From positions 1 through 64,000 of IMG/VR virus record IMGVR_UViG_2744054709_000002: a stretch of 64,000 nucleotides of DNA. One strand, written 5' to 3'. Shown here one piece after another: positions 55,684-63,485 of the stretch. Both the position numbers and the translations under genes were made by a program. This DNA is from a virus (Duplodnaviria; Caudoviricetes). Every line of letters starts with the position of its first letter. Within the stretch, counting starts at the first letter, position 1. A model generated the notes under the pieces. The model was not told where the DNA came from and did not search any database. It worked only from the letters and a program-made list of their open reading frames with translations.

Positions 55684-56136
55684 ATGGTGCACTTATCCGA
55701 GAAAATGCGCAGGGAACATGGGCGCGTAGATCTGAAAATCTGGCGTGCTGGTGTGCTGATCGCGCATGAAACCGACAGCAACCTGATTGTCGAGGGAGCA
55801 GCCAATATGAAAGCGGCGCTGCTGTCGGGCGATACAACCGGGAAATACGCGATAGCCCAGATCGGGTTCGGGACCAATGCCGCCGCTGCGCAGGAGACGG
55901 ACAGTGCGCTGACTGGCGCATATGTCAAACCGGTAGATGGTATCACACCCAATTCAGCGACGGGACAGCTCACCGTGGCTTTTTCACTGGCTGCGACGGA
56001 GGCGAATGGAATCAGTATTTCCGAATATGGCCTCCTGTCAGCAAACGGTGTGCTGTTCGCGCGAAGGGTGCGGGATCTGCCGCTGTTGAAGGCCTCTGAC
56101 CTGTCATTCAGCGGGACATGGCAGATCACGTTCTGA
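55684..56136 (+). CDS. Baseplate / tail-fibre anchor protein
   Basis: NLIV..A, IGFGT, EANG..I.EYGL....G.LFAR and W.I.F motifs. Confidence 0.8.
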   Translation: MVHLSEKMRREHGRVDLKIWRAGVLIAHETDSNLIVEGAANMKAALLSGDTTGKYAIAQIGFGTNAAAAQETDSALTGAYVKPVDGITPNSATGQLTVAFSLAATEANGISISEYGLLSANGVLFARRVRDLPLLKASDLSFSGTWQITF

Positions 56137-56169
56137 ATTTTACGCAGAGAGAGAGAGGGAGAGAACTGC

Positions 56170-56385
56170 ATGGCCAATCGTAAAAAGAAGGGAAAGTTTA
56201 TGGCGTCGAGTGGTGATGGCGGTCAAGGTCACATGAAAGACCATTCCGGGGGCGCCATCGTCATGGTGGCGAATGGTCGCGGAGGTCCGGGCTTCCTGGG
56301 CGCGGAGAGAGGGGAAAGTTACGTTTACGAGGTTCGGCCAGGCGACACCCTGACATTCGTAATCGGCTCTCGGGACCATTGCTGA
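56170..56385 (+). CDS. Small ORF resembling a fragment of the tail-fibre Gly-rich domain (possible relic)
   Basis: YEVRPGDTLTFVIG versus YAVTPGDKLTFTIG in the next gene. Confidence 0.45.
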   Translation: MANRKKKGKFMASSGDGGQGHMKDHSGGAIVMVANGRGGPGFLGAERGESYVYEVRPGDTLTFVIGSRDHC

Positions 56386-56434
56386 TCCCATATCGTGACT
56401 GAATAGACAGGAGAGATAGATCGGGAGCGAAGAC

Positions 56435-57571
56435 ATGTCGGGAACTACAAGCACTACGTCATCCACGACATCTTCATCGCTCCCGCCGACCGGTTTTACC
56501 TCGCTGACCGAAACTGCCGATTTTGAGGCGGGGATCTACCAGATTGCGACTGATGACCCGGTGCTGGGGGGGCCGGGGGGGCTTGCAAATTATCAGGCGC
56601 AGGGGTTGGCCAACCGAACGAAGTATCTGTTGCAGCAGACGACTGCGCTCCAGGCATCGCTCGCATCACTGTCGTCTGGATACTCGTCTCTCCAGAGTGC
56701 GCTGTCGGCGGAAACGACACGGGCGGAAGCCGCAGAGTCCACGCTCTCGGGCAGTATCTCCGCCGAAACCACCCGTGCCGAAGGAGCGGAATCCTCCCTC
56801 CAGAGTGCTCTGTCGGCGGAAACGACGCGGGCGGAAGCCGCAGAGTCCACGCTGTCGAGCGGTATCTCCGCCGAAACCACCCGTGCCGAAGCAGCGGAAT
56901 CTGCTCTTGCATCAAACATTACCATCATCATCAACACGTTCTATCCGATCACCGCATCTACGACCGTGCTCGTTCCCGCCGGGGTGACAAAAGTTTACCT
57001 GCGTGGCAAGGGGGCAGGCGCAGGCGCAACGGGATGTGCGGCGACGTCGAACACCCAGACTTATTCTGGCGCGGGCGGCGGCGGCGGCGGAGAAATGGAG
57101 GGCATCTACGCTGTCACTCCCGGCGATAAACTGACATTCACGATCGGTGCCGGAGGGGCCGGAAACATTGGCCCAGGCTCAGGATATACCGGGGGCGTAA
57201 CATCGTGCGTGAATGGCGCGGGGGAACGCCTGCAATCCCTCCCTAGCGCCAGTCCCGGGACAAAATCCAGTACGACGAACACTGCGGGTGGTGCCGGGGC
57301 AGGTCAGGGTACGTCAGACGTGTCCGGCACATTCCGCAACGATGCGGGAAACGACGGCCAGGATGGACAGGCCGGGACCGCGCAGCTGTCTGGTGCTGGC
57401 GGTCTGGGACCTGGAGGCCTCGGCGGTGCGCGATCCGGCCTGCAGGGCGGCCAAAATGGCTCTGCTCCCGGAGCAGGTGGCGGCGGGGCCTACGATACCG
57501 GTTTTACCGGGAACAATTATCCTGGTGGCAACGGAGCGCCGGGGGAATTTCTTTACAAATGGCTGCCCTGA
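56435..57571 (+). CDS. Tail fibre protein with coiled-coil repeats and Gly-rich tip
   Basis: IYQI...DPV.GG..G.AN.QA..LANRT.YL N-terminus; four ETTRAE repeats; Gly-rich C-terminus. Confidence 0.88.
   Translation: MSGTTSTTSSTTSSSLPPTGFTSLTETADFEAGIYQIATDDPVLGGPGGLANYQAQGLANRTKYLLQQTTALQASLASLSSGYSSLQSALSAETTRAEAAESTLSGSISAETTRAEGAESSLQSALSAETTRAEAAESTLSSGISAETTRAEAAESALASNITIIINTFYPITASTTVLVPAGVTKVYLRGKGAGAGATGCAATSNTQTYSGAGGGGGGEMEGIYAVTPGDKLTFTIGAGGAGNIGPGSGYTGGVTSCVNGAGERLQSLPSASPGTKSSTTNTAGGAGAGQGTSDVSGTFRNDAGNDGQDGQAGTAQLSGAGGLGPGGLGGARSGLQGGQNGSAPGAGGGGAYDTGFTGNNYPGGNGAPGEFLYKWLP
56690..56901 (+). repeat. 108-bp tandem duplication (four 18-aa repeats) in the tail fibre
   Basis: Near-identical units start at 56690 and 56798. 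Confidence 0.9.
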
Positions 57572-57583
57572 TGGAGCGTTGAA

Positions 57584-57781
57584 ATGGCAACAGTTGAAAC
57601 GTACGCCGTATATCTGACCACGGCAACCGGCACCAACTCTGTTGGATACGTGGTTGATAATGTCCTGTGGGATGGCGCGTCCGCATGGACGCCTCCGGAA
57701 GGGACCGCCGTCGTCGCCGATCCCGATCGCAAATACCCGATCGGCAGCACTTATGATCCCGCGACAAGCACGACGACGTGA
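57584..57781 (+). CDS. Small tail-fibre assembly-like protein
   Basis: YAV....V.N...WDG...W.PP.G and IG.TYD motifs. Confidence 0.75.
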   Translation: MATVETYAVYLTTATGTNSVGYVVDNVLWDGASAWTPPEGTAVVADPDRKYPIGSTYDPATSTTT

Positions 57782-58212
57782 GCGGGTGTCCCATAATGGC
57801 TGACGACGACGATCTGGCCGAGGTCGTGGGAAGGCATTCCCACGAAATCAATGATAACCGCAGAAACATTTCAGAACTGCGGGAGGACTTCCGGCAGATT
57901 GAACTGCGCGTGGAACGCAGTCAGGAGGAGCAGAGGCGCACGTTTGCAGATTTTGCGGGCGAGATGCGCGGCCGCTGGGACGAGGCCAGAAAATACGATA
58001 CTGAAGCCGCGCGCGCGCGGGATGAAAAGATCGGCAAAGTCGCCACCCAGACGGATCAGATCCTCGGGGGGCTGTTGCTGATCAAATGGGCGCTCGCTGC
58101 GCTGGCTGTGCCATTTCTGCTCGGAGCGCTGACATTGCTGATTGAAATTGTCGGAGCACTTCTCGGCTGGGGGGAGTTCGGCACCTGGGTTTGGCACAAA
58201 GCGTTTGGTTGA
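57778..58212 (+). CDS. Coiled-coil protein with C-terminal membrane segments (holin-like)
   Basis: Charged coiled coil followed by a long hydrophobic stretch. Confidence 0.65.
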   Translation: MSGCPIMADDDDLAEVVGRHSHEINDNRRNISELREDFRQIELRVERSQEEQRRTFADFAGEMRGRWDEARKYDTEAARARDEKIGKVATQTDQILGGLLLIKWALAALAVPFLLGALTLLIEIVGALLGWGEFGTWVWHKAFG

Positions 58213-58484
58213 CCGGCGCTTGTGATCTGCACCAGCGCATCGAATGATGCCTGATCCTGCAGAACAATCACCGGTCCACTCTCCCGACACTCGTGCATGA
58301 GGCGCTGTCGTTGTATCTGCACGGACCGTTTGAGGTGGCCCCGGGTAATATGCGCCTGGCGCGCCCAGCTGATACGCCACACGCGACCGTCGGCATGGAG
58401 TGTATCAACGTGGAACGCATCATCGCTGCCCTTTTTTCCCGAGATCACAGGACCGATCCCGATCACCCGCGGACGCATGCCGTG

Positions 58485-58799
58485 TTACTGCCGGTCGGAG
58501 GGGACGCCGCGCTTGGTCAATTCCTTGTGCACGTAGGCCTCCACCGCCGCAATCACGAACGTTTGCTTGTACTGCCGGGCATGCAGCCGCCGTCCTGCTG
58601 ATTTACTCAGGAGCCACTCCATCTGCAGCATCAGTTTTTCCGGCACACGCGTGCTCATGCTGACCAGCAGGTCAGAACGCACGTCCTGATGCTCCCATGG
58701 ATAAATTTCCTTGTTGGGAGCGCCGCCAATAAATGCCTCTGCCTCGGCAGAGGAGGGCTGCGTAGAGGGAAGGGAGGGGAGTTTTTTCGGGATGCTCAT
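58485..58799 (-). CDS. Small ParA partner (probable RHH centromere-binding protein)
   Basis: Coupled to parA; AEAFIGGA...PW N-terminal arm followed by a strand-helix-helix pattern. Confidence 0.75.
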   Translation of the reverse strand: MSIPKKLPSLPSTQPSSAEAEAFIGGAPNKEIYPWEHQDVRSDLLVSMSTRVPEKLMLQMEWLLSKSAGRRLHARQYKQTFVIAAVEAYVHKELTKRGVPSDRQ

Positions 58800-59467
58800 T
58801 GTGAAATAGCCTCATAGACAGCACGCATTTCGTTCGCCGCTTTTGCGTCCAGCTCGCGCCCCTTCAATTCACATACACCGACCCCTTCTCCGGTTGCGCG
58901 GCCATACGCCGCGCGCGCGACCAGGGTGGTAAACGGGTGGGTGGCCAGCGTGGGCGTTTCCTGCAACATCCATTCGCGCAGTTCGGCGGGTGCGCGTTCC
59001 GCAGATTGGTGCAGGATCCGGTTGACGACAATGCGCGCCTGGAGTTTGGGATTCAGTTGCTGTGCCCGGTCATATATATTGGCGATCGTCGGGAGCGCCC
59101 AGACGTCCAGCGCGTCTGGTTGCACTGGTACGACCAAGGTATCGGCAACCATTGCACATGCCCGGAGGGCAGGTGAATCCACAGCCCCCGTATCAACAAT
59201 CAGGGTCTGGTACCGTGTCGCCAGATCTTCAATCACGGGACCGATCGTGCGGCCGTCGGACCGCTCGACGCAACTGATGCGGGGATAGTCCGGATGCCCT
59301 TCCAGACGATGCGACGCCCACAATGCGCTCGATTTCTGGCCTGGGTCCGCGTCTACCAGCAGGGTGTCGATACCATTCAGCGCCGACAGGACGGCCAGGT
59401 TCGTGGCAATCGTGGTTTTGCCCGACCCGCCTTTTTCGTTTCCGACCACGATGATTCGAGCCGTCAT
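58796..59467 (-). CDS. parA: ParA-family (type Ib/ParF-like) partition ATPase
   Basis: KGGSGKTT deviant Walker A, LVDADP, IVDT and VPVQP..LD motifs; GGAGG RBS. Confidence 0.93.
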   Translation of the reverse strand: MTARIIVVGNEKGGSGKTTIATNLAVLSALNGIDTLLVDADPGQKSSALWASHRLEGHPDYPRISCVERSDGRTIGPVIEDLATRYQTLIVDTGAVDSPALRACAMVADTLVVPVQPDALDVWALPTIANIYDRAQQLNPKLQARIVVNRILHQSAERAPAELREWMLQETPTLATHPFTTLVARAAYGRATGEGVGVCELKGRELDAKAANEMRAVYEAISQ

Positions 59468-59509
59468 TCCGCCCTCCGAGCAACAATCTATGCCAGCACA
59501 TCTGCCAGA

Positions 59510-59527
59510 TTGCATGCATGCATGCAA
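59510..59527. repeat. Palindromic (TGCA)n array in the parA promoter region (candidate centromere/operator)
   Basis: TTGCATGCATGCATGCAA 43 nt upstream of the parA start. Confidence 0.85.
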
Positions 59528-59760
59528 GTGGAAGCGATATAATCCGGGTATGCGGAAGAACGCTGCGATTAAAGCATGCCGTAAATATAGAATTAAGATG
59601 GGGCGCATATTTTATAAAGAAAGATAGGCAGATACAAAAAATAAAGAAATGAAACAAAAATATGCAAAATCACTTTACGATGTAAATATGTGGTGTTATT
59701 TCAATTTAGAGACTTACCGGTATTTCTGATATTTTACGTTTATTGCAATGCGGGGAAGTT

Positions 59761-60072
59761 ATGCATTTCATAGATCAGAAAAATAAATGGATTGAACTGA
59801 ACCGGAGGCTACAAAAACTTGAGGGTGCGTCTTCTGATCGCGCGATGCCATGCCTGCATATCTGCAGCGAACTAGAACTTGTCTGTGGGGAGATGGCGTC
59901 CATTGAGGATGCCGCGATCTCTGCGCCATCGGGCAGTCGGGCGGACATTCTGGCCAAACTTGGGCTTGCCCGTGTCATGCTGGCCAACCCTGATGCCAGT
60001 TTCAAGGTGGGCCAGTTACTGGAAACGATAGAGTCCGATCTGATCAGGGTACCTCAATCCACCGCACCTTGA
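59761..60072 (+). CDS. Hypothetical helical protein (paralogue of 29197-29559)
   Basis: Shared K.G..R....NPD...IE.D pattern. Confidence 0.6.
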   Translation: MHFIDQKNKWIELNRRLQKLEGASSDRAMPCLHICSELELVCGEMASIEDAAISAPSGSRADILAKLGLARVMLANPDASFKVGQLLETIESDLIRVPQSTAP

Positions 60073-60736
60073 GGGCCTTGCTGGCTGACAGGTCAACCGT
60101 TGTTTCATTGCCGGGGGCCGGGCAGACAACGGCCATGCCCTCGGTCTGTTCTGTCAGGTCGCCTATCGTCTCAATGTTCCCGTCCCGCACGACTACGACC
60201 GTGTCGCCGATGCGCGGAGAACGGGTCAGGTCAACGTACGCAATATCGCCTGCACGAAGTCTCCCGCGCGGTGTGCTGATCCAGACGGCCAACAGATCGG
60301 TGGCAGGCACACGGGCACCTGGTTTTATAGCGTATGTGGGAGGAGGCTGGTCCAGGTTATCCGTTTCACGGAATGCGGGAATATCGCCTGCCGATGATGG
60401 TACAGGCCGCCCCTCCGCGATGGGGCGTTCACTGATGCGTCCGGACGTGATCGACGCGAAAACCGGGATTTGTTTGTGCGCGTCAGGGTCCGCGAGGTCT
60501 GCAGGATCAAGTTCCAGAATTACGCCAACGGCCTCGCGTATTTCCGCCGGAAGATATCGCGGCACTCCACGGGTCAGATACTGGTGGATATAGCCGTCGC
60601 TTTTGCCAACCGCACGACTCAGGCTGACCAGGCTCATGCGTTTGTAGTCCAGGGCATCACGTATCAACAGACGCGCCGAATCCAGTTTTTTTTGCCCTTC
60701 AAGGCTTTTTTCGTTCGTTTCCATGCGTTCCGTCAT
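60044..60736 (-). CDS. CI-like repressor (HTH plus degenerate S24 domain)
   Basis: L..LSRAVGK...YI.QYL.RG.P HTH; GD.AYVD....P..GD.VVV S24-like strands; divergent from a Cro-like gene. Confidence 0.82.
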   Translation of the reverse strand: MTERMETNEKSLEGQKKLDSARLLIRDALDYKRMSLVSLSRAVGKSDGYIHQYLTRGVPRYLPAEIREAVGVILELDPADLADPDAHKQIPVFASITSGRISERPIAEGRPVPSSAGDIPAFRETDNLDQPPPTYAIKPGARVPATDLLAVWISTPRGRLRAGDIAYVDLTRSPRIGDTVVVVRDGNIETIGDLTEQTEGMAVVCPAPGNETTVDLSASKALKVRWIEVP

Positions 60737-60791
60737 ATGGGCGAACGATGGATCAAACCAGACATAAATAACATTGTTATGGTTGGCGTAA

Positions 60792-60805
60792 TGGTTTAAT
60801 AACCA
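60792..60805. promoter_or_regulatory. Putative repressor operator TGGTTT-AA-TAACCA in the cI-cro gap
   Basis: One mismatch to the palindrome at 2586 and 14434. Confidence 0.7.
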
Positions 60806-60808
60806 CGG

Positions 60809-61486
60809 ATGGACGATATATTAACCCAGATCGATGCGTTCCTGACCGAGCAGGGGATGGCCCCCAGCACGTTTGGGAAAATGGCCGTTAATGACGAGCA
60901 TTATGTCGCGCATCTGCGTAACGGTCGCGAGAATTTTTCGCGCACCCGGGCAAAGGTGTTGGCGTTCATGGACGCATTTCGTCAGCGCAAGCTCAACGAG
61001 AAAAGCGAGGCCGAACAGATGCTGGAGGGTCGGATTCCAGCGCGATCCCTCCGCTTTACATTGCCCCGGCCCTACCTGCTGCTGAACCCATACCTGCGCC
61101 TGCACTGGTCAGCACGGCGGAAATATATGCGCTCGCTGGTGTGGGACATCAAAATGGCGACCGTGACGCCGCCAGACCATGCGCAGCCATTCGATTATGC
61201 CCGTGTCACGATCCACCGCTACTCCCCTGGAACCGCCGACAAGGATGGAGTGGAGGGCGGCGCGAAGCCGGTGATCGACTGCCTGACGACGCCCATACCG
61301 ATGCGCATGAAAAAAGGTGCGACAGCGGTGAAAATGCGCAATCCGTATGGTCTCGGCTTTATCCGCGACGACAGCCCCCGCCATTGTTTCCAGATTGCTC
61401 TCGGATTTCGCAGCAGCCAGCAGACTGCGCGGACAGAGATCCTGATCGAGGAAATGGTCTATCCGGACCGTGACGAACCTCCCTGA
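60809..61486 (+). CDS. Cro-like HTH fused to a RusA-like resolvase domain
   Basis: I.AFL...GM.PSTFG..AVND...V..LR.GR followed by LP.P....N, D.D.....K...D.L, G.I.DD and TEI.IEE. Confidence 0.75.
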   Translation: MDDILTQIDAFLTEQGMAPSTFGKMAVNDEHYVAHLRNGRENFSRTRAKVLAFMDAFRQRKLNEKSEAEQMLEGRIPARSLRFTLPRPYLLLNPYLRLHWSARRKYMRSLVWDIKMATVTPPDHAQPFDYARVTIHRYSPGTADKDGVEGGAKPVIDCLTTPIPMRMKKGATAVKMRNPYGLGFIRDDSPRHCFQIALGFRSSQQTARTEILIEEMVYPDRDEPP

Positions 61487-61516
61487 CGTGAAAATCACGT
61501 CAAAACCACGTTCATA

Positions 61517-61801
61517 ATGGTTTTATTGATGGGGAAACAAATGGTTGCATCCTTTGAAAGTCTGGTTTCTGGTTTCAGTCCATTTCCGGCCGCCTATAGC
61601 TTCGACCAGATCGGGCCAACATGGGTCGCTGTTGGCGCTCTGGATCCGGAAACCAACAAATGGACCCACACATTCCGGGGTCTGGGGCCGGTTCTGGCGG
61701 TACAGCGCGAAATGGGACTCTATCTGACCTCTCAGAAACGCGCCGGGAACGGGATCATGCTGCTGCTGGCGTGCCGCGCGACGGGGAGGTCCCGGTCATG
61801 A
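61517..61801 (+). CDS. Hypothetical protein
   Basis: ORF in the operon; ATGA overlap with the downstream gene. Confidence 0.6.
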   Translation: MVLLMGKQMVASFESLVSGFSPFPAAYSFDQIGPTWVAVGALDPETNKWTHTFRGLGPVLAVQREMGLYLTSQKRAGNGIMLLLACRATGRSRS

Positions 61802-62010
61802 ATACCTGCGCGCCATGCGCAGGTAACGGCTGGTACCACACTACATGGACTGGTGGTGATCTCCTGTCGCGTAAGACGGTGCCAGCCCTCGCGATCTGCC
61901 ACGCATGCGACGGATGCGGTGTCATTGCCGTCCCACATCCTCCCGAGCCTCACCAATCCCTTGGCCCCGCGCGCCTGGCGCTGCCAGCGCCCGTGCCGAA
62001 AGGAGCCTGA
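61798..62010 (+). CDS. Small zinc-finger protein
   Basis: Two CxxCxGxG motifs. Confidence 0.65.
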   Translation: MNTCAPCAGNGWYHTTWTGGDLLSRKTVPALAICHACDGCGVIAVPHPPEPHQSLGPARLALPAPVPKGA

Positions 62011-62013
62011 TCT

Positions 62014-62940
62014 ATGACAGGACATACAGACCTGGGGGAGCAACTGCCCTGGTCGAAATTCCACTGGGCAGATTACGAGCGTGATCCCGATCTGCTCGTG
62101 TGTTCGTTCGCGGCGCAGGGGCTCTGGATGCGAATGCTGTGTTTCATGGCCCGTGCGGAACGGCATGGATACCTGATTCACAAGGGGCGTGCCCTGCCGA
62201 TTGACCGCCTCCTACGCGTGGTGGGTGGCACAGCGGACGAGGTTATGCCCCTGCTGCATGAACTGGAGGACCAGGGCGTCCTCGCACGTGATGCAGAAGG
62301 CGTGATCTACAGTCGCCGCATGGTCCGTGACCGTGAGCGCCTGGAGCGCGATCGGGCGAACGGCCGCACGGGCGGCAATCCGGCACTGCTTGGCCGTCGT
62401 CGCGCGCGCGCCGCGCATGCGGCGCAGGAAGAACTCGACCTCACTGAGAAGCATGACCTTCAGTCTGTGCGCGAAGCCTTAAATAAGGGGGTTAACCCCA
62501 GAGAAGATAAGAATAAGAACAGAATAGAAGATACTTCTCCCGGCCGAGAGCGCGTGGATGCCGACGTTATTAACCTGACAGGTCAGGTAGGCGATGCTGT
62601 TCGGCAGGCCGTTGCCGCTTGGAACGCGCTGGCGGAACGGGAAGGCCTGCCGGTGGCACAGCGCCTGACGACGCGGCGCAGCAGGTCCATCCGCGCCCGG
62701 TTGGCAGATGCCGGCGGCCTGTCCGGATGGAACGCAGCGCTGGAGAAGGTCGCGGGCAGCGCATTCCTGAAAGGGGGCGGGGCCAACGGCTGGAAAATCA
62801 CGCTGGACGATCTGCTGACGCCTGATCGCTTCACGCGCCTGATGGAAGGCGCGTACGCAGACCGGACGCCTGCCCTGAAAACTGCACGCACGCTGGGCAA
62901 CGAGGAGTGGCGCCGCCAGTGTCTGGAGGGTGTCGCGTGA
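62014..62940 (+). CDS. Phage (lytic-type) replication initiator
   Basis: PW.KF...D...DP.L..CS.AAQGLW..MLC, L.EL...GV, IYSRRMVRD; C-terminal WN...R......R and FL.G....GW....D.L......EG.Y. Confidence 0.8.
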   Translation: MTGHTDLGEQLPWSKFHWADYERDPDLLVCSFAAQGLWMRMLCFMARAERHGYLIHKGRALPIDRLLRVVGGTADEVMPLLHELEDQGVLARDAEGVIYSRRMVRDRERLERDRANGRTGGNPALLGRRRARAAHAAQEELDLTEKHDLQSVREALNKGVNPREDKNKNRIEDTSPGRERVDADVINLTGQVGDAVRQAVAAWNALAEREGLPVAQRLTTRRSRSIRARLADAGGLSGWNAALEKVAGSAFLKGGGANGWKITLDDLLTPDRFTRLMEGAYADRTPALKTARTLGNEEWRRQCLEGVA

Positions 62941-63485
62941 ACAGTGTGGCAGAGAAAACCACCGTCAGTCGTGTCGTGATCGAGTGGCTGATGCAGCTGG
63001 CGCTCCTGTTCATTGCGGATGGCGCTGTGACGCCGGAGCGGCTGCGCCTCTACGCGAAGGTACTCGGAGCGGAGTTCGGAGACCATATCTTCACGGACGC
63101 TGCCCTGCAACGGGCGGCCATTGGAGAGGGGCGTGGATATTTCCCGGCGTGCGAGGTGATCGCGCAGCGCCTGCGGGAATACCAGCTTGAACTGGACCCG
63201 GCGACCGCGCCGGATGACGGCAAGAGGAATTACTGGCTGCGGGTCATGGAGAGGCGACGTGTCGCCATCCAGCGGGGACCGGAAGAACTGCGCCCGCAGG
63301 AAATCCGCTCTGCTCGTATCTGGCTTGTCTGGCTGGAGAACAATGAGCCCCTGATCTACCGCGATCTGATGGCTGGACCGCACTCGGACGAGTGGGCCGC
63401 CGTGCAGGAATGGCCGGGCGCAGACCTTCATCAATTCCCAACTCAAATAGCACGTAAACAACTGAAAACAGGCGCAAAAGCATGA
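62937..63485 (+). CDS. Hypothetical protein, possible helicase-loader-like
   Basis: GTGA-coupled after the initiator; YFP...I motif. Confidence 0.6.
   Translation: MNSVAEKTTVSRVVIEWLMQLALLFIADGAVTPERLRLYAKVLGAEFGDHIFTDAALQRAAIGEGRGYFPACEVIAQRLREYQLELDPATAPDDGKRNYWLRVMERRRVAIQRGPEELRPQEIRSARIWLVWLENNEPLIYRDLMAGPHSDEWAAVQEWPGADLHQFPTQIARKQLKTGAKA

Noticed and set aside
56170-57571. Diversity-generating retroelement acting on the tail fibre
   Set aside because: No reverse transcriptase in the window, and the similar segments are short and do not differ specifically at adenines
59468-59608. Longer parA N-terminus
   Set aside because: It would translate the TGCA array; a GGAGG RBS supports ATG 59467
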